From IMG/VR virus record IMGVR_UViG_3300036791_000093, positions 1 through 54,684 of that record: a stretch of 54,684 nucleotides of DNA; one strand, 5' to 3'. The notes beneath the pieces are model-generated. The model searched no databases. It was not told where the DNA came from and saw nothing but the letters and a program-made list of their open reading frames with translations. Below, one piece after another: positions 27,963 to 38,538 of this stretch. The position numbers and the translations under genes were made by a program. Positions within the stretch are counted from its first letter, which is position 1. Each line of letters starts with the position of its first letter. The DNA is from a virus. Taxonomy: Duplodnaviria; Caudoviricetes.

Positions 27963-30218
27963 CTAATACCCCACATGGATATGATTCTCGTGCTCACTCA
28001 TGGTTGTTTCACCGTAATATCCGACAGCGGGCTGAGGAATAGTCAATGAGCGACAAGTAGTATCTGCATGACCTCCAAAACCGCCCGAAATTAGTTGTCT
28101 AGGTTTAAGAACAGTAGGAAGTGTATAGCCGTTGATTGTTTGACTGTTGAAGATTCTGTCCACCGTAACAGTGTCCGAACCTGCTGCATCAGTATTGACA
28201 TAATTGCCATTAAGACGATCAATGTCTACAGCGTGGCCACCCCAATGTCCAGTCATCCCATCATTACTACTGTGATCCGTACACCACGCATATGTGCCTA
28301 CCTGATATCCAATGGAGATGAGATACAAGACAGCCTGCATCGTTTTCGGATCGAGCCAAACGGGCGTTCCACCTGGATTAAGAATCTGTTGGCCTTTGGC
28401 AGTTATCTGAATTTGACTCAAACCTCCGCCATTGTCATCAGTCCACTTCTTGTTTTTATACATCTGAAGCAAAGTCTGAGCAAGCTTGACTCTATCACCC
28501 TCAGGGATACCGGGAGCATTCGGAAGGATTTGTCCTGCGCCAGCACCGTAGTTAGGTTGAGCATTAGGCCAACTAGGCGCACCCTCATACTGTTGACCGC
28601 CCGGAAGAGGCTCAGGAAGTGCAGGCATGATTTTCGTGCATGTGATTGTGGCGTTCAAATCGAAGAGGCTTCTGTCGTACTGAGACACAATCCATCTTCC
28701 ATTCCAAGGCCCCATATTTTTCGCAACAATGACTGATCCCGGTGGAACACTCCATCTGCCTACCCTGGCTTGGATTGTCAGAGTAGCTGTCTTTGCGTTG
28801 TTGTCGTATGATCCATCGACTTCAGTGATTCCATCTGCAAATTCATTGAGAATCATCATGGGCTGTTGTGAAAGCATGTCATCTTCGCTGAGATAATAGA
28901 ACGTACCACTTACGAAGAATGCACGCCAATTGACCTCTTTAGCTAGTCTCTGGATACATGACCAACTGTTTTCGGGCTTTCTATATTTTCTGTTTCCGAT
29001 ATCGTAAAAGTCTCCACGCCAGAAGTAGTAATCGCCGCTTGCCGTAGCCGCTGTCTTTTTCTTTTTGGAACCAGTAGTTGTGTTACTACCATTGCCACTT
29101 GGTATAGGAGGATCAACAACATTGCTGCCATTTGCAGCTGTTTGATTTGTGTCATTAACTCCACCAGTAATGCCATAATCGCTCACAATTTTATCGGCTT
29201 CGTTTTGCCACTGACCATATTTTCCGCGATTAAAAACTGCCGGGCCTTCTACGTGCCAACAAAGATCGTTGAACGAGAGATTCGGATTGTCTCTGTCAAT
29301 CGGGATGGCTGTATTAAAGTACCAGGTTGCGGCAAATTCGGGATCGGTTCGTTGATCGACAGTCCCTTTGTCATTGAGCATCTGGAATAAACCGGCACTT
29401 GTACTATCTTGTGTTCCTGTACTTGAGATGTTGCTTTGAAGATCATTCTCTTGAATGGCACACATGATGGCGCAGACAAAGACCTTACGACGGACGTTCT
29501 GAGTCTTGCGAAAATGTTCACCAACAGCGAGAATGATGTTTGCATTCGTTCTCTGATCTTGGGTAATTTTTGATCCCTTAACCGTCAAGCTCGGATCTTT
29601 CCACAATGGATTTCCTGGGAGCAGATTAGGATATTGGGAATTGCCCGGAGTTATGTTAACTCCTTTAGTCTTGTTGATGATAGTATCGAATCCAATTAGA
29701 TCACCAGTATACGATTCCATAGGCTGAACGATCGTTAGTTCTGGGATCACTACAGGAATCGTGAATTCCTTTACTTCTCGAATCAGGTTGAGGATGAACT
29801 CGGCGCGCGTCACCTTGCTTCTGCGTGCTTTCTTCCACTTGGAATATGTACGCAAGACAGCAATCTCTCTATCCTCGAAAGTGAGAACTAACTCATCACC
29901 GTTCTTGTCCACGCTTCTCAGTCTGAACCACAGGCCATCAAGCTCCACGTCCAGCTTGTTACTAAGCAGACCTGATGTAAGAAGAGTCCTATCGTAGTCA
30001 TTGACAGTCACGACTAATGCGGTAGAAGCATCAATACTACGCGAGAATGTGGCATCAATGACTCTTTCGACAAGATCAACTCTGACTTGACTAGATAGAT
30101 ACTGAACAAACTTGTTCATGTCAACATCGGTTCCCATGCCTTCGCGCTGCAACGCTTGCGGTGTGAGCTGCGAAAGCTCAAGTAGCCGATTGGCTGCTAT
30201 TGTCTTTGATGGTGGCAT
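27963..30218 (-). CDS. Baseplate hub protein with probable cell-wall hydrolase domains
   Basis: Position after the LysM gene; AIQE..L...SAGLFQ (lysozyme-like); H..GHAVDI...HIHVGY (M15-like peptidase). Confidence 0.75.
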   Translation of the reverse strand: MPPSKTIAANRLLELSQLTPQALQREGMGTDVDMNKFVQYLSSQVRVDLVERVIDATFSRSIDASTALVVTVNDYDRTLLTSGLLSNKLDVELDGLWFRLRSVDKNGDELVLTFEDREIAVLRTYSKWKKARRSKVTRAEFILNLIREVKEFTIPVVIPELTIVQPMESYTGDLIGFDTIINKTKGVNITPGNSQYPNLLPGNPLWKDPSLTVKGSKITQDQRTNANIILAVGEHFRKTQNVRRKVFVCAIMCAIQENDLQSNISSTGTQDSTSAGLFQMLNDKGTVDQRTDPEFAATWYFNTAIPIDRDNPNLSFNDLCWHVEGPAVFNRGKYGQWQNEADKIVSDYGITGGVNDTNQTAANGSNVVDPPIPSGNGSNTTTGSKKKKTAATASGDYYFWRGDFYDIGNRKYRKPENSWSCIQRLAKEVNWRAFFVSGTFYYLSEDDMLSQQPMMILNEFADGITEVDGSYDNNAKTATLTIQARVGRWSVPPGSVIVAKNMGPWNGRWIVSQYDRSLFDLNATITCTKIMPALPEPLPGGQQYEGAPSWPNAQPNYGAGAGQILPNAPGIPEGDRVKLAQTLLQMYKNKKWTDDNGGGLSQIQITAKGQQILNPGGTPVWLDPKTMQAVLYLISIGYQVGTYAWCTDHSSNDGMTGHWGGHAVDIDRLNGNYVNTDAAGSDTVTVDRIFNSQTINGYTLPTVLKPRQLISGGFGGHADTTCRSLTIPQPAVGYYGETTMSEHENHIHVGY

Positions 30219-30877
30219 TAGTTCTTACCAATCTGTGGCGGAATCATGATTGTGATTCCTGGCTTGAGAGCCTTACCGTCACGAATGTTGTTAGCTGTTT
30301 TAAGAGCAGCCTCTGTGCTGTGGTGACGTGCGGCAATCAAAGCAAGTGTGTCTCCGCGCTTCACGATGTATGGCACACTCATAGGTGGTGGCTTGTTAAT
30401 TTGAAGCACAGTCTCTGCTACATACTCAAGACAATGGAAGGTAGCGTCTTGTCTGACTCTGTATCCAGAACCGTGGTTGTCTGGTTCCCAATAGACGACA
30501 TCCCCCCAATCGATTCCTTCCATGACCCATACAGCACCTACGACCGGCAATCCGCCATCGAGATAGAATGTCCACGGAGTTATCAGATCACCGCGAGATT
30601 GTTCCATTTGAGTTACTTTCCTGATATCTCGTTCCACGCTTATGGATGGATAACTAGGTGGTTGGACACCGATGTACCCATCGAAAATGACTGGAACATC
30701 CATTCTCCATGGATCATCGCCATCCCACTGTACTACTGATCTTCTGCGTGGACGATTGACTTGGTTGTATCTTGCACCGCCGCTGATGATCTTCGGTGAT
30801 GAAGTACCACGTCTCATCATGATACTCCACCCGTTTGAAGAACGCAGAAGATAAAACTGACTTGAATCGAGTGGCAT
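30218..30877 (-). CDS. LysM-domain tail tube initiator/baseplate protein
   Basis: YIVKRGDTLALIA...ANNI...LKPG..IMIP. Confidence 0.88.
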   Translation of the reverse strand: MPLDSSQFYLLRSSNGWSIMMRRGTSSPKIISGGARYNQVNRPRRRSVVQWDGDDPWRMDVPVIFDGYIGVQPPSYPSISVERDIRKVTQMEQSRGDLITPWTFYLDGGLPVVGAVWVMEGIDWGDVVYWEPDNHGSGYRVRQDATFHCLEYVAETVLQINKPPPMSVPYIVKRGDTLALIAARHHSTEAALKTANNIRDGKALKPGITIMIPPQIGKN

Positions 30878-33012
30878 TATCGCCTGGCCCTGTAGTCTTG
30901 ATTGGCTCTGGCTACAGCCTGTGCGAGCACTTTTCTATCAACCACGAGCTGCACAACGATCGGCTGTTCGTTACCATTCATTTGGTTAGCAGACCAGCCT
31001 ATTGGTTGGATCTGAGAATTGGGAGTGATTCGTGTTCCACCAGGAAGCCGTACAAGCTCCGGCCCACGCTCACCAACCAAAGACACTCCACCCGGCACCA
31101 TTCCACCCATCGCGTGTGAACCATAATAGCCACCAGAGGGTGATGCGTAACTAGCCACGTGCCCGATGAAGTGGCCTATTCTCCCGAAGAAACCACCTAC
31201 TGCTCTGACAGGAGTTGCGAAAACGTCCCAAAGCTTCTTTGCCCAGTTATAAGCAGATTGAATCCATCCAGAAATAGTTTTCCAATATTTTGCGATAAGA
31301 ATCACTGGCTGTATCAGGGGGAATAGAAGAGATACAATCAATGCAACGTAGAACCAGTTCTTCCACAGATACTTGGCTGTGTTGTTTACTGCATCGTGGA
31401 AAAGCTTCCATCTAAAATAGAGAACGGTTAGCGTGTAAACAATTAGTACCGCCAAACCGATCGGCCAGACTACTGCCCACAGAGTAGCGAATGAGACTTC
31501 TAGGCCGGTGATAGCTGGAATCAGACTCTCAGTTATAATCGTCACAAGGGCTCCGATTCCGGCTTTAGCTGCTCTACCAACGATGAAGAATGCTCTCGTA
31601 AGTTTGGCTAGGGCACTCTGGTTTGCGCTAACTTTGGTAGCAGTTTCTCCTATTCCTGTTCCAACCCACTTCTCAGCAAACGCCCACTTTTCGAGAGCTT
31701 TGATGACAGCTTTGATTCCTGCAACTCCGCCGCCGCCCTCCATAAAAGCCTTCTGAATAGCTTGCCAGATTGTCGTTACTTTAATTGCTCTACCAAGTCC
31801 CCATTGAGCAGCAGTATACGCTTCTGTGGCTAGAGTTACTCCTATAGTTACAGACTTTTCAAGAATGAATGCAGCGATCAGAACTCCGATAAGGACACCA
31901 AGTATCTTGGCAGCGTAGATATTTGCCCCAAAAATACTGGCAAGATAATCAAATGGAATAAGCAGATATTGGATAGCCTTCGTCAAAACGAAAAACAAAC
32001 CTACCACAGTTTTTAGAGCATATTCGAACGTGGTAAACAGATTGATGATGATATGGGTTTTCGGCGAAAGCGCAGTATCCATCGCCTGTGCGAGTAGTGC
32101 TAGTGTGATGGGCTTACCACCCTTAGTCAATGGAAGCAAGGCTTTATCAACGTCCACCAATCCTCTTCTGACAGCATCGAATGGGCCTTGTTCGGCTTTA
32201 CCCGCACCCATACCCAACAAGTCTTTGAATGTCGTCCATGCGCCTGAGAGAGTCCTGGTGGCTTGTCTGAAACCAGCGCCCGCGAATCCTTTTGTATTCA
32301 TGTAAGCATTGAATGCTTTTGTCGCATCCAGAGCTGAGATGATTCCAGCAGATACTTCTTGCTTAATTGTAGCTCCTGATTGATGGTAATAATATTCGAG
32401 AGCCTTGGTCATCTGCAAGTTGTCTCGGTTCAACTGGAGAAGGACTTGTCCCGTTAGATGACCAATTGAGTACATGTGCGCGAAAGCTAGAGTAGCCCTA
32501 TTCAGCGCAGCACTGGTTGTAAATCCCATAGCTGACAAACCGTTGATGACAGATTGCATGAGTTGATTTGTTTGAACGAGGCTACCATTGAAGATGTATA
32601 GACGTCTGGCACCCTGAACAATGTCTGGGAATAAGAATGGTGATCTGGCTGCTAAGGCGTAGAGATCATTTACTTCTTTCTTGACAAGCGCGTTATTGTG
32701 AATGAATCCCTGGAGTGCAACAGTTGCTGTGTTCGTTACAGAGTCATATTGGAATCCGAGTTTCGCGAGAGCGGCTCCCATTCCGAGTATGCCAAGTGTT
32801 CCATAGAACAATCCGCGTCGTGCCATGAACAAACCCTGATTCAGCATGAATGAACGCTTCGTAGCCTTCTCCATAGCCATACCAGAACTATTTACGGCAC
32901 CGGCGAATCCTCTCGTAACGAGGCCAGATTCTTCCATTTCTGCGCGATATTTTGGCCCACCCAACATGTACAGGCGAACCATAATATCTTGCGATCTTGT
33001 TAGGCCGTTCAT
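30877..33012 (-). CDS. Tape measure protein
   Basis: LAARSPF tape-measure motif, Ala/Gly-rich helices, AMGG...LVGERGPEL C-terminus. Confidence 0.92.
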   Translation of the reverse strand: MNGLTRSQDIMVRLYMLGGPKYRAEMEESGLVTRGFAGAVNSSGMAMEKATKRSFMLNQGLFMARRGLFYGTLGILGMGAALAKLGFQYDSVTNTATVALQGFIHNNALVKKEVNDLYALAARSPFLFPDIVQGARRLYIFNGSLVQTNQLMQSVINGLSAMGFTTSAALNRATLAFAHMYSIGHLTGQVLLQLNRDNLQMTKALEYYYHQSGATIKQEVSAGIISALDATKAFNAYMNTKGFAGAGFRQATRTLSGAWTTFKDLLGMGAGKAEQGPFDAVRRGLVDVDKALLPLTKGGKPITLALLAQAMDTALSPKTHIIINLFTTFEYALKTVVGLFFVLTKAIQYLLIPFDYLASIFGANIYAAKILGVLIGVLIAAFILEKSVTIGVTLATEAYTAAQWGLGRAIKVTTIWQAIQKAFMEGGGGVAGIKAVIKALEKWAFAEKWVGTGIGETATKVSANQSALAKLTRAFFIVGRAAKAGIGALVTIITESLIPAITGLEVSFATLWAVVWPIGLAVLIVYTLTVLYFRWKLFHDAVNNTAKYLWKNWFYVALIVSLLFPLIQPVILIAKYWKTISGWIQSAYNWAKKLWDVFATPVRAVGGFFGRIGHFIGHVASYASPSGGYYGSHAMGGMVPGGVSLVGERGPELVRLPGGTRITPNSQIQPIGWSANQMNGNEQPIVVQLVVDRKVLAQAVARANQDYRARR

Positions 33013-33205
33013 CCCTTAAACAGTTTCCCTACTTGATTGGCGATTTCCACAGCAAGATTGTTATCGAGCGTCTTGCGAACTCTCGCAAGTTCGTTGGCTA
33101 GTTCCACCATCAGGCTTCTCTCAAATGGGTCTGTTGTCATCAGAAAACGTATGGGATCTAAGCCGAGGGCACAAAGCTCAGCAGCGGTCTTTATGCCCTC
33201 TTTAC

Positions 33206-33766
33206 TTATTCCCCCACTTGCCAGAATTCGACTTCGAGGTCTGCCTTGGTATTCTGCAACCAGCGACTCAGCCTTTCAGCATGACTCATGATTGCCATAT
33301 CGTTATCACCAAAGAGACGCTTCACCACTTGTCTGGCTGATCCTTGTGAACCGTTCATGCCCATCATTTCTGCGAGTGTCGAATCGAAATAACACGCGGC
33401 ACCTGTGCTGTTTGGATCAAGCATGACGGGTTCAGGCACGTCGTCTGGTTGAACATAGAGTCCATCACAGAGAGCGATCATTGTGTCCATCGCGGTGAAC
33501 AGGTTACGAGAGTAAGTATCCTTAACCTCTCGATTCACTTTACGAGCGATAGCATCAAGCTGTTTGCCGGTTTCAGGCATCGCATACTTTACCTGCAATC
33601 CGGTACGCTCATATCCCTTTACAGGGATCATCACCGTTCTGGTTTCAGCAAGTTCTTGTAGCTCTTGCTTGAACGTATCGATTAGCGAAGCATCGGCGCC
33701 CTCCCTTTCTAACCCCTGCACAGGGTCGTCGGGAACCGATGTATCAGTAACTTCCTCGTCAGCCAT
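33206..33766 (-). CDS. Tail assembly chaperone; -1 frameshift product extends to 33009
   Basis: Between tube and TMP; GGGGGAA just before the stop; -1 frame open until TGA at 33009-33011. Confidence 0.85.
   Translation of the reverse strand: MADEEVTDTSVPDDPVQGLEREGADASLIDTFKQELQELAETRTVMIPVKGYERTGLQVKYAMPETGKQLDAIARKVNREVKDTYSRNLFTAMDTMIALCDGLYVQPDDVPEPVMLDPNSTGAACYFDSTLAEMMGMNGSQGSARQVVKRLFGDNDMAIMSHAERLSRWLQNTKADLEVEFWQVGE
33209..33215 (-). promoter_or_regulatory. Programmed -1 ribosomal frameshift site GGGGGAA
   Basis: GTG GGG GAA TAA; same heptamer as used in cluster A mycobacteriophage tail chaperones. Confidence 0.75.
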
Positions 33767-33784
33767 GACTCTCTCCTTCCATGA

Positions 33785-33952
33785 CTATGGGTTTTTAAAT
33801 CTAGCCCAGTTAAATAAACCTAGAGCCAGAGCAAGAAAGCCTCCGATCATCCACGAAGTTTGATCTTGTGCGTTACCAAAGCTTGAGATGAGAGACATTA
33901 GTAAAGCGATGACGAAGCAAACGATCGCGGCGAGGATAAAGAGGTCTTTCAT
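33785..33952 (-). CDS. Small 2-TM membrane protein (55 aa, not in ORF track)
   Basis: MKDLFILAAIVCFVIALLMSLISSFGNAQDQTSWMIGGFLALALGLFNWARFKNP fills the tube-chaperone gap. Confidence 0.7.
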   Translation of the reverse strand: MKDLFILAAIVCFVIALLMSLISSFGNAQDQTSWMIGGFLALALGLFNWARFKNP

Positions 33953-33953
33953 G

Positions 33954-34427
33954 TTATGACGCTGTGGGAACGCCCTCGACGGTTACTTCGATTTCGATGA
34001 GAGCGGCTGCTGTGCCTTCGGAATCCACATCGGGGAACAGAACACGCTTGAGTTTGCCATTCCACGTGACGAGTGGGCCACCCTTGTAAGGATTGCCATC
34101 AACATCGAGAGCACGCTGTGTGATTGTCACGGTTTGCTTGCCGACAGCCTCGAACATCTGTTGCAAGCGTGTCTTGTTGGTGCCGATGGGCGACATACCG
34201 ATGTCACCCACGTCGTACAACTTCTGGAGTGTGAGGTTACCCGGAAGAACACGACCACCGAGACTCAGCCTTGTACCCATCGCACCTGGGTAGTACACGA
34301 CTTCATCGGAGTCCAGCTCGCCGCCGGTTTTCTTGTCCCACACGCCGAAGCTGTTTCCGCCGATGGTCACGTTTACTGACCAGGTATCCTGTCTCGTACT
34401 CTTCTGACGAGTTGCAACGTATGCCAT
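33954..34427 (-). CDS. Tail tube protein
   Basis: Follows the sheath; KTGGELDS..YYPG, NLTL.K, PDVDSEG. Confidence 0.85.
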   Translation of the reverse strand: MAYVATRQKSTRQDTWSVNVTIGGNSFGVWDKKTGGELDSDEVVYYPGAMGTRLSLGGRVLPGNLTLQKLYDVGDIGMSPIGTNKTRLQQMFEAVGKQTVTITQRALDVDGNPYKGGPLVTWNGKLKRVLFPDVDSEGTAAALIEIEVTVEGVPTAS

Positions 34428-34441
34428 TCAGTTCACCCCCT

Positions 34442-35881
34442 TTACGTGATAGACTGGGTGACCATCAACTTGACGATGTTGATCGCCACGAACTCGGCCA
34501 TCGGAGACATCTTGACCATACAAACCGCGTGGAGTTCGTTGTTTGCGAGGGTTGCAAGTGTGTTCACCTTGTCACTGGTATCCACGGCAAACGCTTGATC
34601 TGCGGTATCACCGAAAAGCTCACCTGCGGTGTAGTGTCCCAGCAAGTTACCGTAGAGCTGATCGTGGAACTGTTGAATGGTCTGACCATTCTGACCATCG
34701 ATCTGAGAGAACACGAAGTTCTCACCAATGGAATCGAGTTCGGCAGCAAGATCCATGTAGAATCTGCCGTTACCGAAATCGACCCATGACGGATCACCCA
34801 CGGCATTGACGAGAGCACGCCAACCGTAGTTACGGATTCCGCCATACAACCTACGGATGATGTTGCAGCTTGAGCTGTTGAGTGTGGTGCGGTTTGCATC
34901 ATTCCAGTCTGGCTGAGAAAGATCAGTACCGAAACGCGCGACACCATTGTTTCCTGCGGCGGGCTGATTTGCTCCGACAGATGGATCGTTGCGACCGCAC
35001 AGTCCAGCGATCATTCCACACGGAGGCACGGTACGCACCGTTCCCCCTGTAACACCAGGAACGATGATCCACGGAGCAAACGAAGCACAGAAGCGAGACG
35101 TGACTCCCGCTGCGGCAGCTTGCAACGTAGCAACCGTGGGTGAATCAGGAAGATCAAGAAGTCCGACTCGACCAAAGCTTTCCACGTGAGCCTTGATCTG
35201 ACCGTAACTTGTGGAACTCGTGCGACCCGGAGCACTAACCTGACCAGGGCCGAGCGAAGAACTGAACAACGTGAGTGCGTTTGCCCATTGGGTATCAGTG
35301 ATGTTGGTACGATCATCGTTACCCGCTGAAAGTGCGACAGGAGCAGCGACGGCAGGATTGTTCACGCTTGTACCGAGTGTGAGTCTGATGTAGTTACTGT
35401 ATGCGCTCCACGCGATAGCTGAGCTTTGATTGGTGAGATCGCTCGACTGTTCCAACACGTTGTTGCTGGCATCGGTTACCTGGATCTGGAAAGTGCCACC
35501 AGCACCACCAGCAACCACGCCAACCTTGTAAAGCGCGCTCCACGCACCCGGCCCGAGAGCAGTAACATTCAAGCTAGGTGCAGCAGCCGCGTCATTCAGT
35601 ACAAGTGTGCCTGATGCGGCAGCAGGGCCAACCACGCGACCGACGTAGACCCTGTTTCCACCTTCACGGAAGAAAGTCTCGACGGCATCATACAAGATGC
35701 TGTATGACTGACGTGCTCCGTAGACAGTCACGAACTGATCGAGTGTCTGGATTAGCATCGCAACACTCGATGGCCCGCGATCCGATGTTCCAGTCACAAA
35801 CCATGTCCCTGTATCTTGTGGGACAGAAACCGGAGTCGCTACGTCTTGAAGTGTAACTGCAACTCCAGGTCTGCTCGTCAT
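34442..35881 (-). CDS. Contractile tail sheath protein
   Basis: RPGV, RGP, FFREGG..VYVGRV, GPGAW, VPPCG.IAG, PAAG, YGWR, SPMAEFV. Confidence 0.93.
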   Translation of the reverse strand: MTSRPGVAVTLQDVATPVSVPQDTGTWFVTGTSDRGPSSVAMLIQTLDQFVTVYGARQSYSILYDAVETFFREGGNRVYVGRVVGPAAASGTLVLNDAAAAPSLNVTALGPGAWSALYKVGVVAGGAGGTFQIQVTDASNNVLEQSSDLTNQSSAIAWSAYSNYIRLTLGTSVNNPAVAAPVALSAGNDDRTNITDTQWANALTLFSSSLGPGQVSAPGRTSSTSYGQIKAHVESFGRVGLLDLPDSPTVATLQAAAAGVTSRFCASFAPWIIVPGVTGGTVRTVPPCGMIAGLCGRNDPSVGANQPAAGNNGVARFGTDLSQPDWNDANRTTLNSSSCNIIRRLYGGIRNYGWRALVNAVGDPSWVDFGNGRFYMDLAAELDSIGENFVFSQIDGQNGQTIQQFHDQLYGNLLGHYTAGELFGDTADQAFAVDTSDKVNTLATLANNELHAVCMVKMSPMAEFVAINIVKLMVTQSIT

Positions 35882-36075
35882 TACTCTTCACCACCCTTCG
35901 ACGACGACTTAGTAGTGGCAGGAGCAGGTGCGACATCTTCGGGAGCCTCGATAAACACAGACTCCATCTCTTCTGCGATCGAGTCCATCTCGATGAAATC
36001 GCCTGGGCCTACTTGAACCCGTGTATCACCGATAGGAATCTCGATAGCATGATTCCCAACGTATCTGTACCTCAC
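35881..36075 (-). CDS. Small protein preceding the sheath
   Basis: Coupled overlaps on both sides. Confidence 0.65.
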   Translation of the reverse strand: MRYRYVGNHAIEIPIGDTRVQVGPGDFIEMDSIAEEMESVFIEAPEDVAPAPATTKSSSKGGEE

Positions 36076-36707
36076 AGTTCCTCCTCAGTTGGCGCCAATT
36101 CGACATCAATGATTACCTTCTCCACTGTCTTATAAGCAGGAATAGGCTCGACTGTGGGCGTATCAGGCCCGCCATACCTGCTTGCAACGTTATTGATGTC
36201 GAATGCAAACTCAAGACTTGCCGCTTTGTACAGTTGGAGTTGATTTGGGATAGGCAGATCGTCGTAAGATTCGTTTAACCACGTCACTCTAGTTACTGAA
36301 AGTGACGAATCTCCTATATTCTTTTGGAGAACGATATCCCTCGCAGCGCCACTGTATGCTTTCATAAGCATGTTCGCTTGTGTCTCGTCTTTTGCTGCCG
36401 TAGCAACTCCCACCCCAAGTCTCCATGTAGCTCTGTAAGTACCATCACCACTTACTTGTGGGGTAGTAAAAAGTCCGGGCGAAAGAACGACGACCTTGGG
36501 AATCTTTTCTCCAATCTCGGCATCGAAACTGTTGCGGTTCGTGTAGTTCTGCGGCTGAGGCAGACTATTGGGACTGATGCCAAGATTACGTGCGGCTTCT
36601 GCGAGATATGTTGGGAACCACATGTGCAAGCTATCGATGACAGCTTCCTCAAGCTGCGAAGCTATGAACATATAGCCGATCTGTTGTTCAATAGCTGACG
36701 CGCTCAT
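36072..36707 (-). CDS. Putative tail terminator/completion protein
   Basis: Synteny between the virion-morphogenesis gene and the sheath. Confidence 0.65.
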   Translation of the reverse strand: MSASAIEQQIGYMFIASQLEEAVIDSLHMWFPTYLAEAARNLGISPNSLPQPQNYTNRNSFDAEIGEKIPKVVVLSPGLFTTPQVSGDGTYRATWRLGVGVATAAKDETQANMLMKAYSGAARDIVLQKNIGDSSLSVTRVTWLNESYDDLPIPNQLQLYKAASLEFAFDINNVASRYGGPDTPTVEPIPAYKTVEKVIIDVELAPTEEEL

Positions 36708-37192
36708 AGGACTGCTTCCGATGACGGCTTATCGAATGGCTTAGTCAGGTATTCGAGTAGCCAGTTGTTCCATTTTGTTTCATCGGAATCGATGAATCTC
36801 AAGAATGGCCGAGCAACAATGGTTTTATCTACTCGTCCGTATTGATGGACGAATGCCCACGGCCTATCAGTTCCGAAGTTGAGTCCTTCTTTGTCAAAGT
36901 CTAGAATCTGGAATGGTGCTCCGGCTTCTGTTACGCTCGCTTTAAGGGCACCTGTGTCTACGAGAATAGTGTCGTGTCCTTTTCTCTCGATAGTTGATGG
37001 AGCCAATCGTTTCCACGAACCTCCACCACGTCTGCCGCCTGACGAGAAGTTGATTCCCGTTATTCGCATCATGTCAAGTGCGATTCGAGCCATAGGTTCC
37101 ATCATATCGCTAGCCAAGAGGCCACTTTCTTCCATGTGTTTAGCGACAATTTGAGGGCTACCGTAGTCCGTTATCTTAAGAATCAGGGGCAT
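36704..37192 (-). CDS. Virion morphogenesis/neck protein (Mu gpG-like)
   Basis: WKRLAPSTI.RK, ILVDTGAL..S, FGT..WA.VHQYG, ARPFL. Confidence 0.85.
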   Translation of the reverse strand: MPLILKITDYGSPQIVAKHMEESGLLASDMMEPMARIALDMMRITGINFSSGGRRGGGSWKRLAPSTIERKGHDTILVDTGALKASVTEAGAPFQILDFDKEGLNFGTDRPWAFVHQYGRVDKTIVARPFLRFIDSDETKWNNWLLEYLTKPFDKPSSEAVL

Positions 37193-37195
37193 GAT

Positions 37196-37936
37196 CTACA
37201 ACTGCATACTCAGTGTGAAGGCTCGATCTGTGTCATCGATCGGAAAGAAGTCATTGATTGACATGACTTCGACTGGAGTTACTCCACCAATCGGTTCTCC
37301 GTCAGGCCCGATAATCGATATAGATCCCTCGATTACACCTTGTAGGAGAGCCATCGCTTCGTCGTATTTGCGCTGGGCAAACGAATTTTGATCGACAAGC
37401 AGGGCTGTGCGGGCACCTTCGTTGAAGTAGACTTGTGCGGCAATCAGCTTAGCTGCGATTTCACGGACAATCTCGGGTGTGGCTTCGGGTGTTATCCACG
37501 ACGACATCGTAGGTTGATCTACGATCCGAGCCAGATAAGCTCGGACAACTCGCGCTACGCTGATTTGTACGAGGTCTGTGTTGTCCGGCGTAGCCTCGAT
37601 TACCTCGCCATCCAGGTTTGCGTTGACATCATCGAGAGTCGCCAAAATCTCGTTTACCGGGACGTTCTGGATAGATGTGGTGTCGAAGAAACCATTTTGG
37701 TCGTCAAGAAAACGCACCATGTACCAACCATTAACGACAGTACCGTTATTAGTGGAAAACGAGATGGGCAAAGGATCAGATGGATTCGCAGCCAGCGGAT
37801 CGATTGGTTGCGTATCAATCAAACTCGTCCAAGGCCCGTCCTCATTGTCTGCCTCGTAAATCTCCAACTGACTCCAAGGCACACCGTCGAAGCGAGGAAG
37901 CAAGTCATATCCCCTAAACGAAACTACGATTCCCAT
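37196..37936 (-). CDS. Head-tail adaptor with N-terminal extra domain
   Basis: P.IVREIAAKLIAA, YDEAMALL..I..G (Mu gp36-like). Confidence 0.7.
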   Translation of the reverse strand: MGIVVSFRGYDLLPRFDGVPWSQLEIYEADNEDGPWTSLIDTQPIDPLAANPSDPLPISFSTNNGTVVNGWYMVRFLDDQNGFFDTTSIQNVPVNEILATLDDVNANLDGEVIEATPDNTDLVQISVARVVRAYLARIVDQPTMSSWITPEATPEIVREIAAKLIAAQVYFNEGARTALLVDQNSFAQRKYDEAMALLQGVIEGSISIIGPDGEPIGGVTPVEVMSINDFFPIDDTDRAFTLSMQL

Positions 37937-38061
37937 AACTCACCCCCTCTTTGACATTTGGAAACGCCAACACGGACGCGAAAACAACTTTTCACGCGTC
38001 CGCGTTAGCAAGACCGGCTGGGGTTTTATTTGTAACCGTCTAAGTCACTTGAATCGGAGGA

Positions 38062-38538
38062 TCATGTTGCTCGTATGATCCTCGCGTACAGTGTCGCTGA
38101 GCCTTGTGTTGAGTTTGGATTACCTTGATTCTGGTCGAGTGTCACGATGAGCGACAAATCGAGCGCTTGAGTTGCTTCGACAGTCATGCCACCCAACGAG
38201 AATGAACCGATGTAAAGCAGACCATCTTGTTGTGGAGTCGGATTAACGACAGGTGTTTTCAAAGTAGATGCTTGTGCATTACCGTTAGCTGGGTATACGA
38301 TCACCATTGGTTGAACACCGTCTACATTATCAGTATCAAATGGCTGATGAGTAATGATGTATGAACTTGAATCTAAGATGTCTCCAACGTTGAGACTGAT
38401 TCCGGTTGGGATACCACCGTTAATACCAGGAGTGTTGAAATCAAAGTCGAATGAGATTGTCTCGATAGCACTAGCGGATGAGGATTGAGCTTGAGCCACC
38501 TTACTTAGTCTCCCTGTACTTCCTCGTGTGACGTTCAC
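38062..38538 (-). CDS. Putative virion structural protein
   Basis: Beta-rich; located in the head operon. Confidence 0.6.
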   Translation of the reverse strand: MNVTRGSTGRLSKVAQAQSSSASAIETISFDFDFNTPGINGGIPTGISLNVGDILDSSSYIITHQPFDTDNVDGVQPMVIVYPANGNAQASTLKTPVVNPTPQQDGLLYIGSFSLGGMTVEATQALDLSLIVTLDQNQGNPNSTQGSATLYARIIRAT

